Shown here piece after piece: positions 15,287-25,493 of a stretch of DNA of 32,932 nt. Position 1 is the stretch's first letter, and every line of letters starts with the position of its first letter. The position numbers and the translations under genes are program-made. The DNA is from a virus (taxonomy: Duplodnaviria; Caudoviricetes), in the IMG/VR virus record IMGVR_UViG_3300011423_000022, positions 1 to 32,932 of that record; one strand, 5' to 3'. Below the pieces are notes generated by a model. The model did no database searches. It was not told the DNA's origin and saw nothing but the letters and a program-made list of their open reading frames with translations.

Positions 15287-16176
15287 GCCGCCTCCACCAC
15301 TGCCTCTCCAAACGGAAGGCCGCGAGACACTTCCTCGACAGCAAAATTGAATAGGTTCGAATCATACCACTCTTCCGATGCCTCAAGTCGAGCAGCACTC
15401 TCTCGTGTGAATCTTGCCAGAAGCCCATTGTCTTCCTCGTAGCCACCATCTGCGGCCACAAAGAATGGCTTGGCCAGGCCACCAGCATCATCTGCCAGAT
15501 CGTTCAGGTCGTCCCAATCGTCGACGTCCAGCTTGATGTCAAACGAGAAGAAGCGAGACTTGATGCGGCGACGATGCACACGCATGACACCATACTCAGT
15601 CTCGACCGCTTCGAGGAATCGGCGGTTGGTGCCTTTGACACCATTCCACTGGACCCATCGCGAAAACTCACGCAGCTCAGACATGACCAAGAATTCGCCA
15701 ATCTTGATCGGCTCATCGGAGGTCCCGAACACGAGACGCATGTATCGGAATCCCGAGGCACTGTATCCCGCGCGTGAGGTCAGATCCAGCCACGGAGATG
15801 CGCGATGACCATCCAAATGATCATCGGCAGCAACGAGAGCCACAGACATAGTCGGAGCACCCCAAACAGCAGTCGCATTGAGTTGCACCGTGGCGATTGT
15901 TCCGCCACCACTGATGTTATGATTTGGCATCGCAACAGCATCGACTCGTTGCGAATCCAGGAAGTCGAAAGTAATCGTGAGAGGACCGACACCGAGCTTG
16001 GCAGGTTTCGCAGGAATGTCATCGAACATGGACGCCGATCCATATTCGGGATCATCACTGAACGCACTATCAGTGGTGATCACAGCTGTCTTGATCAGAT
16101 CGCTCGGTCGACAGTATTTCAGATTGCCCATCGTTGATGGGCGAGAGCTGATTGTCTGTCCGCTTGGATACGACAT
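15277..16176 (-). CDS. Minor tail protein (distal-tail position), possible discoidin-like domain
   Basis: First gene after the tape measure; ITFDF...FRYMRL..IKIGE pattern. Confidence 0.65.
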   Translation of the reverse strand: MSYPSGQTISSRPSTMGNLKYCRPSDLIKTAVITTDSAFSDDPEYGSASMFDDIPAKPAKLGVGPLTITFDFLDSQRVDAVAMPNHNISGGGTIATVQLNATAVWGAPTMSVALVAADDHLDGHRASPWLDLTSRAGYSASGFRYMRLVFGTSDEPIKIGEFLVMSELREFSRWVQWNGVKGTNRRFLEAVETEYGVMRVHRRRIKSRFFSFDIKLDVDDWDDLNDLADDAGGLAKPFFVAADGGYEEDNGLLARFTRESAARLEASEEWYDSNLFNFAVEEVSRGLPFGEAVVEAACS

Positions 16177-19100
16177 CTAGACCCCCAACACAGTCTTCAC
16201 ATCGCCACGAAGAGTGCCCGATTCTTTGAGAACCTCGAGGAACATTGGCCACAGCTGCTGACGGACCAGAGCCTTCATCTCAGTGGACAGAGTGCCATTG
16301 AACTGTGGCTGGAACATGATTGAAGTTTGCTTGATGTCTTGGCCTCTCTTCTCCCGAGCATTGTCCAGCATCTTCTTGAACTGATCGAGAGGAGCCACAA
16401 CCTCAGCACCATGCAGCATGGCGAGCGATCCCTTGCCAGCATTGACCAAACCACCAAACATCAACTGAGGCATGTTCTTGCCGAGGAGACCTTTGATCTC
16501 GCCGACCACTTTCTTCACAGCCTCTGGTCCCTTGCCTTCTGCTTGCCAGATCTTGTTGGCATACGAGACGCCCATGTCCCCCGGCAATCCAGCTCGAATG
16601 AATGCATCTCGGAGAGCAATGACTGTCGCAGCACCTTTCTCATTGCCCTTCCACGCACCTTCGATGGCGACTCCCAATTCGGCTCTCTGTCCTTTGTTCA
16701 GACCCTTGAGGAGCTTGTCCCGAACTCCTCCAGCCTCTTTCCTGCCAGCAAGTTCTTTCTCAGATGGTCCACCGAACATGCCCTTGAGCTTGTTTCCAAA
16801 GCTCTTGAACATCTTGCCAAGTTTCGGCAGGACCTTCTGCAATCCCTTGCCAAGAAAATCCCCAAGCATACCACCCAAGAGAGTGCCCACACCAGGAATG
16901 ATGGAACCAAGAGTGCTTCCCAGCATCTTGCCCATCTGACCACCAATTTTGCCCTGGATAAGTTTGCCAAATGTGCCACCCAACTTCTCGGTGATATTCG
17001 TGCCAATCTTCGTGCCAACAAGACCACCGATTGACTTGCCAACATCGCCTCCACCCTGGAAGGCGCCCATGATGACGCCAGCAAGATCCTTGCCAAATTC
17101 CGCACCACCAATACCAGAGAAGATCTTCTCGAAGAGCGGCTTCCGCTGCTCCATGATCTTCCGGTCTTGCTCCATCAACCGGAGACCTTCTTCGTTGGCC
17201 AACTCTCGCTGATATGCAGCATAGTCGTCGGCCGTCTTGATCTTCGCATCCATTGCCTTGCGATCGGCTTCCATCTGAGCGACACCAATGTCGTTCAGGA
17301 TCGCCCGCTGGGCAGTGGCATACTCTTGGTCGATCAAGGCTTTCTGGAGATTGCGATGGGCTTGCTCCACACGAGCGAACTCGGTGGAGGTCGTCTTTCC
17401 AAGAAGACGCATCTTGGTCAGGTATGCTTCGAGAGTGCTGACGATTTGCTCGGTCTCGCCACGAGTGAGACCAGTCGTGGTCCCAAGCTTGGCCAGCGCA
17501 TCCATCGTCTTGCGCGCTTCCTTCTGGACACCGTCTCCAGACAGAGCTGCTGTGAGCTCCTTCACTGACTCTAGATATTCGTCGGCAGCAGTCTTGCCCT
17601 TCTTCTGGCCATCCGTCAGACCCCACTGAGCCTGAAGTGCTGTCCTCTGAGCAGCTGTTAGATTGCCAGTGGCAGTCGTGAGATTCTTCGCACCAAGAGC
17701 AGTCCCCTGGAATGCGGTGGTCGCAGCATCTGTAGCATTCTTGATCGGCTGGACCATGTTGGTTTCGAGCTTCTTCGTCTCGGTCCCAACTGTGGCCACC
17801 ATCTTCTTGTAGCCACCAGCCTCAGCGATGCCATTGAACCATCCCTTCACCGCATCAAGTTTTCCTTGCAGCCATGTAAAGATCGGACCCAACTTGTCCA
17901 GGATCCATGTCTTGACTGCGTTGTAAACTCCTGCGACGATATTGGTGATCTGGGTCCAGTTCCTCCAGACCGCAATGATGGCTCCAAGAGGACCCAGGAT
18001 CGGGAGCAGAATGCTCGGGAACGCATCTAGCATCCCAGAGATCTTGGCCCAGGCACCCTTGAAGAATGCCGCAATCCAATCCCAATTCTTCCAGACCTGA
18101 TAGACCGCAGTGACAGCAAGGATAACAGCACCAAGAGCAGGAATCAATCCACCAAGAGCAGCAATCACCGATGTGACAGCACCACCAACGATCCCAGTGG
18201 TGAGAGTGAATGCGCCGAACGTGGTGATGATGGTGCTGATGCTCCCGATCAGGGTTCCGAAGATGACGATTGCTGGACCGAGAGCAGCAAGCAATCCTGC
18301 AACCGCGAAAGCCGCCATCTGCACAGGCTTCGGAAGAGCAGCAAACCACTCCGCAGCTTGGCCAACAGCTTGGACCACAGGAAGAAGCACAGGGATCAGA
18401 TCATGAAATGCCTGGACCAGTTGAATCCCGATCGGAGCGAATGCTGCCATCGCGACGTTCTTCAACTCCAAGAGCTTCTCAGCAAAGGAGTCGGTGTCGT
18501 CGTCGGCCTTGTTGATTGTCTCCGTGCTCTTGCCGATGGCTCCCATGAGCTTATCCACCGACAGTGCGCCGGAGAGGATAGCATCACGCATGGCAAGACC
18601 ATTCTTGCCGAAGGTCGAAAGAGCCAATGATGCGCTCTTCTCGCCAGCACCAAGTCGCACGATTTCTGCGACAGTCGCTGCGATTCCTGCCTTGACTGGG
18701 ATATTGTCTTTCGCGAATTTGAGGGATGCAGCAGAGAGACCTGCCATCACTCCTTTGATACTGACACCACTCTTCTCCATGTTTCCGAGAAGAGCAGTTG
18801 CTTCCTCAAGCGAGAATCCCATCTCGCGAAGCAATGGTCCGAATCGTGTGACGGCCGCCATCAATGGGCCCATCTGGACGCCGGTGATCTGCACGACTTT
18901 CCAGAGATGGTCCAGTTTGCCTGCTTGCTGGTCGGTGCTCACTCCCCACTGATTGAAGACACCAGTCAGCTCCATGATGAGAGGAGCAACATCCGTCTTC
19001 AAGAGACCAGCGAAATTGATGTATTGCCGAGTGAGTTGTTGGAGAGGTTCTCCTGTGAGACTTGTTCGCTTGGCCACATTGGTCAGAGCAGCAGCAACCT

Positions 19101-19428
19101 CCTCCGCGCCCTCTTCTCCAGTGGCCCATGTCTTGCGGAAATCTTCTCCAAGAATCTGGAGTTCTTTGCCTGTGGCTCCTGTGCCAGCACGAATCTGCTT
19201 CAGGGCATCATCGAACTGGAATCCAGCAGTGGTGATGGCTGCACCAATTGCCATGATTGGCACAGTGAGTCCAGCTGTGAGAGCACCACCGAGTGCCTTG
19301 GATCCTTTGGCAATCGTGTCGGTGGCTTTCTCAGATTTTTGAACTCCCTCTTTCAGGTCGTCGTCCAGTTTCGATAGGTCTCCTCGAATCTCGACGAACG
19401 CCTTTCCGAGCAGTCCGCTTATCGCCAT
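16177..19428 (-). CDS. Tail tape measure protein
   Basis: 1083 aa, Ala/Gly-rich; N-terminal LGKAFVEIRGD; LTAGLTVPI; hydrophobic segment and WKNWD-type aromatic repeats. Confidence 0.95.
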   Translation of the reverse strand: MAISGLLGKAFVEIRGDLSKLDDDLKEGVQKSEKATDTIAKGSKALGGALTAGLTVPIMAIGAAITTAGFQFDDALKQIRAGTGATGKELQILGEDFRKTWATGEEGAEEVAAALTNVAKRTSLTGEPLQQLTRQYINFAGLLKTDVAPLIMELTGVFNQWGVSTDQQAGKLDHLWKVVQITGVQMGPLMAAVTRFGPLLREMGFSLEEATALLGNMEKSGVSIKGVMAGLSAASLKFAKDNIPVKAGIAATVAEIVRLGAGEKSASLALSTFGKNGLAMRDAILSGALSVDKLMGAIGKSTETINKADDDTDSFAEKLLELKNVAMAAFAPIGIQLVQAFHDLIPVLLPVVQAVGQAAEWFAALPKPVQMAAFAVAGLLAALGPAIVIFGTLIGSISTIITTFGAFTLTTGIVGGAVTSVIAALGGLIPALGAVILAVTAVYQVWKNWDWIAAFFKGAWAKISGMLDAFPSILLPILGPLGAIIAVWRNWTQITNIVAGVYNAVKTWILDKLGPIFTWLQGKLDAVKGWFNGIAEAGGYKKMVATVGTETKKLETNMVQPIKNATDAATTAFQGTALGAKNLTTATGNLTAAQRTALQAQWGLTDGQKKGKTAADEYLESVKELTAALSGDGVQKEARKTMDALAKLGTTTGLTRGETEQIVSTLEAYLTKMRLLGKTTSTEFARVEQAHRNLQKALIDQEYATAQRAILNDIGVAQMEADRKAMDAKIKTADDYAAYQRELANEEGLRLMEQDRKIMEQRKPLFEKIFSGIGGAEFGKDLAGVIMGAFQGGGDVGKSIGGLVGTKIGTNITEKLGGTFGKLIQGKIGGQMGKMLGSTLGSIIPGVGTLLGGMLGDFLGKGLQKVLPKLGKMFKSFGNKLKGMFGGPSEKELAGRKEAGGVRDKLLKGLNKGQRAELGVAIEGAWKGNEKGAATVIALRDAFIRAGLPGDMGVSYANKIWQAEGKGPEAVKKVVGEIKGLLGKNMPQLMFGGLVNAGKGSLAMLHGAEVVAPLDQFKKMLDNAREKRGQDIKQTSIMFQPQFNGTLSTEMKALVRQQLWPMFLEVLKESGTLRGDVKTVLGV

Positions 19429-19800
19429 GTTTTCGTTTCTTCTTTTCTCGTCGCTTCCGAAGCATCTTTCCGAGATCGTTATCGAGCATCGATCGCTCGC
19501 TTCTCAACCGATCTCGTTCTTTCCCGACCACAGGACGCGTCACTCGATCTTTCATCCACGATGAAAGCACTGGCAATTTCTTCTTGCGACCAAGAGCCAC
19601 ATGAAGATATGCCGCGAGCTTCAGATCATTGATCTCTCGCTTCCTCTTGGTCTCATACAAGAGAATCGCACGAAACCACTGAACCCACGTGAGACCCCAA
19701 AACTCATCTTCCGAGATCCCAATTACTGAGGCAAAGTCGAGGCAGGCATCCCATTCGACGTCGTCGTATCTCCAGTCGACGCTGCCTCCGTCAGAGGGTC
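19331..19800 (-). CDS. Tail assembly chaperone C-terminal (gpT-like) part, probably reached by a -1 frameshift
   Basis: The -1 frame is open from about 19800 (GPSDGGSVDW...GISEDEFWGLTWVQWFR) and continues into ORF 19331-19660; FWxLT is typical of such extensions; the start coordinate is approximate. Confidence 0.7.
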
Positions 19801-20199
19801 CGATGGCTGTCTTGCAGCCTCCGCTCTCCTCTGCTCGAGCTCCTCTGCCTGCCGCATCGTAACAGCGAAACTGTTCTGGAAAGCTTGGACGATCGGCATG
19901 TGATGATGCTGCCAGAACTGCGCAAGATCACCTTCATACTCACCATCAATGAGCTCGGCCACATTATCGATCGTCCACGGAGTTGGTGGCTGATGCTCTG
20001 CTTTACGAGCCGATTCCAATTCAGCCCAGAGAAGAGCATGCAGCTCCATGAATCCGAGCTGATTGTTGTCCACACGATTGGCGAACTCGAGGATCCCGAT
20101 CCCCAATTCTTTCTGGAGAAGAAATGCCCCGAGTGCGCCAAATCGCAGATTGTATTGCTTGCCTCCCAGCGTTATGGGAACGAATCGGTGATTTGACAT
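19723..20199 (-). CDS. Tail assembly chaperone (gpG-like)
   Basis: Between tail tube and tape measure; ITLGGKQYNLRFG..A...LQKELG pattern. Confidence 0.8.
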   Translation of the reverse strand: MSNHRFVPITLGGKQYNLRFGALGAFLLQKELGIGILEFANRVDNNQLGFMELHALLWAELESARKAEHQPPTPWTIDNVAELIDGEYEGDLAQFWQHHHMPIVQAFQNSFAVTMRQAEELEQRRAEAARQPSDPLTEAASTGDTTTSNGMPASTLPQ

Positions 20200-20256
20200 A
20201 TCTCCTCTTCTGCGTCGTGGCGCATCAATGGTTGAGAGTCTTGGTCAGATCAACTC

Positions 20257-20679
20257 CTACGAACCAGCCGGTGCCCACGGACCATCGATATCGATGTCGA
20301 TGGAAAGAACCGATTCTCCCTGATCAGGGAAGTCACTCGAGACACTCGAGATGACACCGAATGCGGTCTCGTAATCCGAGCCGTTCTCCTTGCGAATGAT
20401 CTCAATGATTACGCCATTGCGTGACGCATCCTGGATCGCAAGATATCCCGACGAGTTCGGGACGTAGAGAGCCTCCATCGAGATCGTTGATTCGTAGCGC
20501 CCGTATCCGACGCGGCGCTCACGACGCTCCTTCGAGGAGTAATCGACAGGCTCGTTCGTTTCGGACACGGTCATCCCACGCTGATGCCCGACGATGAGAT
20601 CGTCAATCACCAAGATGACCAGCGTGCCATTGATCGGGACTCCCTGTCCGCTTCCATAGTCAGGTCCGTCGAAAGTCAT
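20257..20679 (-). CDS. Major tail (tube) protein
   Basis: 140 aa; VGHQRGMTVS...VDYSSK...STISMEALY...GVISSVS pattern of TP901-1/GTA-like tube proteins. Confidence 0.85.
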   Translation of the reverse strand: MTFDGPDYGSGQGVPINGTLVILVIDDLIVGHQRGMTVSETNEPVDYSSKERRERRVGYGRYESTISMEALYVPNSSGYLAIQDASRNGVIIEIIRKENGSDYETAFGVISSVSSDFPDQGESVLSIDIDIDGPWAPAGS

Positions 20680-20691
20680 GCTTGTTTCTCC

Positions 20692-21111
20692 TTACGGGAT
20701 ATACCACAAGTTCATTGACACAGAGACCAATCGTCCATAGAGAGTCTTATCGGTCGGAGCGACGATCGGCCCAGAGGAGTTCACGATGATGTTTTCCCAG
20801 CCCTCCACATCTAATGGTTGACGATGTAGCATACCCCAGATACGACCGATGATCTCGTCGACTTTCGAAGTGTCTCCGTTGGCCGACGTGTATGCTGCGA
20901 TGTCCTTCTGGATGACCAGTCCCACAGAGAGCTTCGTGTCGTTGGGCACATTTGAAGGACTCGGATTGATGACGACATATGGATCCGTGACTCCCTGTGG
21001 CAGCTGATACTGAGTGAAGACTTTCGGCAATCCAGCGAATTTGCCAATCAGCCCCATGAGAGTATCATCAGTGATGATCTTATCGAAGAGAGCGTTGTCC
21101 ACTTCAGTCAT
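20692..21111 (-). CDS. Tail terminator / DUF3168-like protein
   Basis: Position, and ALFDKI..D.TLMGLI...PYVVI...LHRQPL pattern. Confidence 0.75.
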   Translation of the reverse strand: MTEVDNALFDKIITDDTLMGLIGKFAGLPKVFTQYQLPQGVTDPYVVINPSPSNVPNDTKLSVGLVIQKDIAAYTSANGDTSKVDEIIGRIWGMLHRQPLDVEGWENIIVNSSGPIVAPTDKTLYGRLVSVSMNLWYIP

Positions 21112-21512
21112 TTACCACTCGTCAGGATCCGCTTGATTATTGCCAGATTGTTGTTGAATCCTGGACGTATGAACGGACGAGGACCTTGCTGAATGCTCCT
21201 GCCCTTCGAGTCCGTCCCTCGAAATCCATATTCAAGACGAGGAGCATATGGACTGTTCGTGCCCACCCGTCCAACGATCTCTTCACCCTCGTCGACTACT
21301 TCTGATGCGATAGATCTCTGGAGATCGCCAGTCACTTTGTGAGGAGGCTCTCCTTCAAGAGATGGAGAACTCCCATCGTGATTACTGATGTTGATCGACC
21401 TCTTGATCTGGTCCCGCACGAAGATCGTGGCCATCATGACACGAGGTCTCATCTCATCTTTGGTGGCACCAATGATCTTCTTGTTGAACCACTGATTATG
21501 TCGTGATGGCAC
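21108..21512 (-). CDS. HK97 gp10-like neck protein
   Basis: TGDLQRSI, VGTNSPYAPRLEYG and PRPFIRP motifs. Confidence 0.85.
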   Translation of the reverse strand: MPSRHNQWFNKKIIGATKDEMRPRVMMATIFVRDQIKRSINISNHDGSSPSLEGEPPHKVTGDLQRSIASEVVDEGEEIVGRVGTNSPYAPRLEYGFRGTDSKGRSIQQGPRPFIRPGFNNNLAIIKRILTSGK

Positions 21513-21843
21513 CGTATTGCCTCTTCTCCAGCATGATCTTGATGTGATGTCTCTTCGACGGAGGCAGCACTGCCGTCACATCGTAAGTGACACCCTCGAT
21601 CAGAAGTCGGTCTCCTCGTTGAATCTCAATTTCTGGTTTCACATAGGTGATGTGAGTGACCTTGGTTTCGAGTCGTGCTGCCAAGATCAACTCTGATCCA
21701 CTCGGTGCGAATGGACGACGACATGAGAACGCACTGATCTGCACGAAGTTATCTTGGAATCGTCCCTTGATGCCGGTCGGATTGCTGCGAAAGAGAATCC
21801 CTCCGCCATCAGCATTCAAGAGATGAAGTCCAATAGTGCTCAC
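21496..21843 (-). CDS. Head-closure / head-tail adaptor (SPP1 gp16-like)
   Basis: THITY..P..EIQRGDRL.IEG.TYDV pattern; GTGA coupling to the connector gene. Confidence 0.75.
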   Translation of the reverse strand: MSTIGLHLLNADGGGILFRSNPTGIKGRFQDNFVQISAFSCRRPFAPSGSELILAARLETKVTHITYVKPEIEIQRGDRLLIEGVTYDVTAVLPPSKRHHIKIMLEKRQYGAITT

Positions 21844-22727
21844 ACGATCCTCACATACTTCTGGAGCGATCCACACACCGACGCAGGAAGATCGTTGACA
21901 TACTCACCAGCTGAAGAATTGCCCCATGATGCAGACCAATCGCCGATCCTCTCAGAACTCACATTCGGATCATGCTCAGCACCAAGCATCCAAGACTTGA
22001 TCGTCTGCACACAGAGCCGTTCCAGACCACGATCCAATGTTCGCACATTGATCCGTGAATCCGCATTACCGACTTCCGAGATCAGGTCTCCAACGACTTG
22101 AATGCCAGAGGCCGTCCTCATCGCGACTGTAAACTGACCATTGTTATCTTCGTTCGCGAATCCGACAGTCTCGATGATGTCTCCGGCAACAAGCAACGGA
22201 GGATCATCAACCACGAATGTATCGTATCCGTCGCCGAGCACAGGCACTCCCGATGCCATGATGTTCTCGGTTGGACTGAAGACTCCTGCCCAATAGTCCA
22301 CCAAGATCTGATGGTGACCGAGATCGTCCGACTCTTGTGGAACGATGAGACCTGCGTGGCGATGAGAAGTGTTGGGCCACCAAGTGTCATTGATGAGGAT
22401 GCCTGCTTTCGCATCCATCTGGAAATCATCCAGATCATATTCCTCGTCGGTCACATTATCGGTGATGCTCACGATTTCCGCGATCGGAGTTCGTGTGAGC
22501 ATCATTTCTGAGCGACCAGAACCAACCACCGTCTCTATCAGCCTCGCACGGAAGAGCTCCTGTTGGATCTCTTTCTGAATGAGATCGCTGGCCTCGAGGA
22601 TCAGGGTCTCCATGAACTCGTCGCGCTCTTCGTCGACATCAGAGGTCGGGATGCGAAACTCCTGTCGAACTCTGGCAACAGTCGTAAGAGCGCGCGAATG
22701 AGGACGGACAGAGACGGTGAGTGGCAC
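21840..22727 (-). CDS. Head-tail connector (HK97 gp6/SPP1 gp15-like) with an inserted domain
   Basis: LTTVARVR...LILEASDLI; C-terminal SSERIGDWSASW...LP..V...LQKY. Confidence 0.8.
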   Translation of the reverse strand: MPLTVSVRPHSRALTTVARVRQEFRIPTSDVDEERDEFMETLILEASDLIQKEIQQELFRARLIETVVGSGRSEMMLTRTPIAEIVSITDNVTDEEYDLDDFQMDAKAGILINDTWWPNTSHRHAGLIVPQESDDLGHHQILVDYWAGVFSPTENIMASGVPVLGDGYDTFVVDDPPLLVAGDIIETVGFANEDNNGQFTVAMRTASGIQVVGDLISEVGNADSRINVRTLDRGLERLCVQTIKSWMLGAEHDPNVSSERIGDWSASWGNSSAGEYVNDLPASVCGSLQKYVRIV

Positions 22728-22729
22728 GT

Positions 22730-22819
22730 CTACCTCTTAGACCTTGGCGGATGCTTCTTCATCCCGCCTGTTTCTTGCTTGTTCATCGGAGGGAGTTGCT
22801 GTTTGGCCATCATTAGCAT
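22730..22819 (-). CDS. Possible small basic peptide (MLMMAKQQLPPMNKQETGGMKKHPPRSKR)
   Basis: GAGGAG upstream; ends 2 nt before the connector start; overlaps the 3' end of the glycosyltransferase. Confidence 0.35.
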   Translation of the reverse strand: MLMMAKQQLPPMNKQETGGMKKHPPRSKR

Positions 22820-23978
22820 ACTCTCCTCTTTTGTGAGTTTGGAGGACTTGATGGAACTGCTCGGCGATGTTGGGCCACTGGAATTCGGGTTTCTTTGCTC
22901 GGGCATATCCCTTTCCTCCAATCAGAGCACACCATTCGGGATCTCGATATCCCTTGTCGATGGTGGCCATCACATGTTCTACAGAAGTGGCTCCTCCGAT
23001 GACATTGATGCCCTTCGCAGTGACGATCTTGTGGGTGACTGGCATGTAATGCACAGCACCCTTGGGCCACTCGCCAAGAGCAGCCCATTCCACGACAGCA
23101 TTCGGAATGCCACAGGCCATGGATTCGTGAGTCGTGAGACCCCATCCCTCGCCAGACGAAGTGCTGATGTGAAGATTCAAGCACTGATACATGAGTCGAA
23201 GAGCCTCTTCCGGAACGAAATCCGATGGCTTCAATTTGACCTTGCTCATGATCATGTGACTAGCAATCCCATGATATCGAGCAAGCTGCATCACGTCGTA
23301 GCCGATGTCGTATCTCGAGCAATGCAAGAAGAGATACGCATTTTCTGGCTTGCCAACATTATGCCACCAACCAGCGAATCCCTCGATCGTCTGATCAAGC
23401 CTCTTGCGAGGCTGATTGCGATTGATGTTGCCGACGATGAAGGCTTTCTCACCGAGTCGATGCAGACCAAGAGTCTCGCGTGCTGTGGCCTGATCTCCTG
23501 GATAGTAGATCTCAGAATCGACTCCATGAGGAATGATGTGTGATATTCCTTTGTAGCCACCATCCTTCGCTTCCTTCTGGCCAAACTCGGTATACCAGAT
23601 GGCTGCTGTGAGACCATTGAGGATCTCTCCTGACGCCATGTTCCGCCCATCTACAGGCATGTATGCCACGATGGGCACGTCAGGTGGTGCGTCGGTGCCC
23701 AGGAACTTGGTGACCAGCCAGGGATCCTGGAGGATGCACACGACATCCGGGTTCACACGACGCACCACCTCACTGAATCGGCCGACTCCGAAGAAGTCGC
23801 CACCGAGTTGCGCAGGATAGATGGGATATTGATGCGGATGGGGATCACCAAGATAATTGATCCCGAGCACATGGATGTCCCATCGATCAGTCAGATGCGC
23901 AAGAACATTGTGAGTGACTCGAGAGAACCCAGTCGGAGTGACTGCATCACCGACCCAGAGGAGACGAGGCTTAGGCAT
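22737..23978 (-). CDS. GT-B fold glycosyltransferase (GT4-like)
   Basis: TGFSRV, IPHGVD, NRNQPRKR and EGWGLTTHESMACGIP motifs; AAGGAGG before ATG 23978. Confidence 0.9.
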   Translation of the reverse strand: MPKPRLLWVGDAVTPTGFSRVTHNVLAHLTDRWDIHVLGINYLGDPHPHQYPIYPAQLGGDFFGVGRFSEVVRRVNPDVVCILQDPWLVTKFLGTDAPPDVPIVAYMPVDGRNMASGEILNGLTAAIWYTEFGQKEAKDGGYKGISHIIPHGVDSEIYYPGDQATARETLGLHRLGEKAFIVGNINRNQPRKRLDQTIEGFAGWWHNVGKPENAYLFLHCSRYDIGYDVMQLARYHGIASHMIMSKVKLKPSDFVPEEALRLMYQCLNLHISTSSGEGWGLTTHESMACGIPNAVVEWAALGEWPKGAVHYMPVTHKIVTAKGINVIGGATSVEHVMATIDKGYRDPEWCALIGGKGYARAKKPEFQWPNIAEQFHQVLQTHKRGEYANDGQTATPSDEQARNRRDEEASAKV

Positions 23979-24801
23979 CGAGAACCTCCTTCTGAGCAGC
24001 ACCATAGGTCCAATCGATGCCACTGAATCCGGACACCTCGTGGAAGCGTCCGAGATGGATGGAGCTCTCTTTGCCAATGTGTTGAGCAAACGATGGCACG
24101 CTGCTCAAGAAGTGCTCTGCTCGCCAGACCATGGTGGCCCAGTCTTTCAACAGGAGATCAAATCCCTGTCCGGTGTCCCATTCTTTCAGGCGAGTGTAGA
24201 TGTAATCGAAGGCAGATGATGCATCAGCTCGAGTGAATGCGAGAGCCTGATTGCCATAGAATCCCTTCACAGGGAAATTCCATGACGTCTGCCCTGCCTT
24301 CCATGCATCGCACACCATCTTGTAGGGAGTGGCGAACGAATACATGTGACGATCACGACGTGCATGTTGGCTGAGCCAGCGATCTACCGAGCCAAGGAAA
24401 TCGCGACACACATCGATATCGTCTTCGAGAAAGAGGATCCACGGAGTTCTCGATTCGATCCCAATCCGGAAACACTCGAGCGCATTTCCGTTTCGCGAGC
24501 GACGCAGATGCCCATCTCGCTTGTCCTTCAGAGCATACTGCGGACTGAGTCGACTGCTCAGGTCTTCCGTGAGAGGATGAAACATCACCTTCTGTGGATG
24601 CACAGCAGGGATCTCGGCCATTGCAACTCGCTTGTATTCATCGAGTCCGATAGATCCAGAGTCAATGATGTCGAGCTGAAATGGGATGGACGATTCCCAC
24701 AACCCAGAGCGCGCCATGTTGCGCAACATCTGAGGCAGATAGTTCTCCTGTGGAGATCGGTTGATGGTCCCGACGACGATGCAGTATTTTGGGGTCTTCA
24801 T
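23971..24801 (-). CDS. GT-A fold glycosyltransferase
   Basis: TINRSPQENYL, WILFLEDD, FYGNQAL, FDLLL and QHIG motifs. Confidence 0.75.
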   Translation of the reverse strand: MKTPKYCIVVGTINRSPQENYLPQMLRNMARSGLWESSIPFQLDIIDSGSIGLDEYKRVAMAEIPAVHPQKVMFHPLTEDLSSRLSPQYALKDKRDGHLRRSRNGNALECFRIGIESRTPWILFLEDDIDVCRDFLGSVDRWLSQHARRDRHMYSFATPYKMVCDAWKAGQTSWNFPVKGFYGNQALAFTRADASSAFDYIYTRLKEWDTGQGFDLLLKDWATMVWRAEHFLSSVPSFAQHIGKESSIHLGRFHEVSGFSGIDWTYGAAQKEVLDA

Positions 24802-25493
24802 GTTCCTTCCTGCTGATATGACCAATCGACACCAGCAAAGTGTCGAGTCCTCATTATTGACCTCTTGCGGAAGGCATGCGTGAGGGACTCATCTCCTGCA
24901 TGCTGGACGAAGTCTGGATGAGATGCCACAAAGGGTTCGTGGGCCCACTGTCGCATCAGCATATCGAATCCACTCGTCCGCCAACCAAGCGAGTATGATC
25001 GTCGCCATTTTGGCAACGCTTTCTTCACATATTTCCCGAAGTCCTTGAGATCAGTGTATCGCATGGCCACACACATACATCCATACGATGTCCTGGGAGA
25101 GAGCCACTCCTCTTTCCCAGGTCTAGATCCTTTGAATGTGATGAATGTATAGACCTTCTGGCGACCAGCATGCTTGTCGAGCCATCGCTTGACGGACCCG
25201 AGGAAGTCAGTGCAGATCACAAGATCGTCTTCCAAGTGGAGCACCCAATCGCATTCTGGCATGCCTTGCAACAGAGCAAGACCATTCTCATTACGAGTGA
25301 GCTTTCTTTCTGGGATATGAACGACGATCCCAGGATGCGATTCGATCTCCATCCATGAAGTTTCTGGCCCACTCACGAAGAGATGCAGTTGGCCATCGCT
25401 GAGACCTTGCTGCACTAATTGATCGACTGTTGCTCGAAGATAGTTCTTTCGAGGTCGTCGATTCGCCGTGGTCATTCCGATGAGCAGATTCAT
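24798..25493 (-). CDS. GT-A fold glycosyltransferase, paralogue of the adjacent gene
   Basis: TANRRPRKNYL, WVLHLEDD, FDMLM and VQHAG motifs align by eye with 23971-24801. Confidence 0.75.
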   Translation of the reverse strand: MNLLIGMTTANRRPRKNYLRATVDQLVQQGLSDGQLHLFVSGPETSWMEIESHPGIVVHIPERKLTRNENGLALLQGMPECDWVLHLEDDLVICTDFLGSVKRWLDKHAGRQKVYTFITFKGSRPGKEEWLSPRTSYGCMCVAMRYTDLKDFGKYVKKALPKWRRSYSLGWRTSGFDMLMRQWAHEPFVASHPDFVQHAGDESLTHAFRKRSIMRTRHFAGVDWSYQQEGT

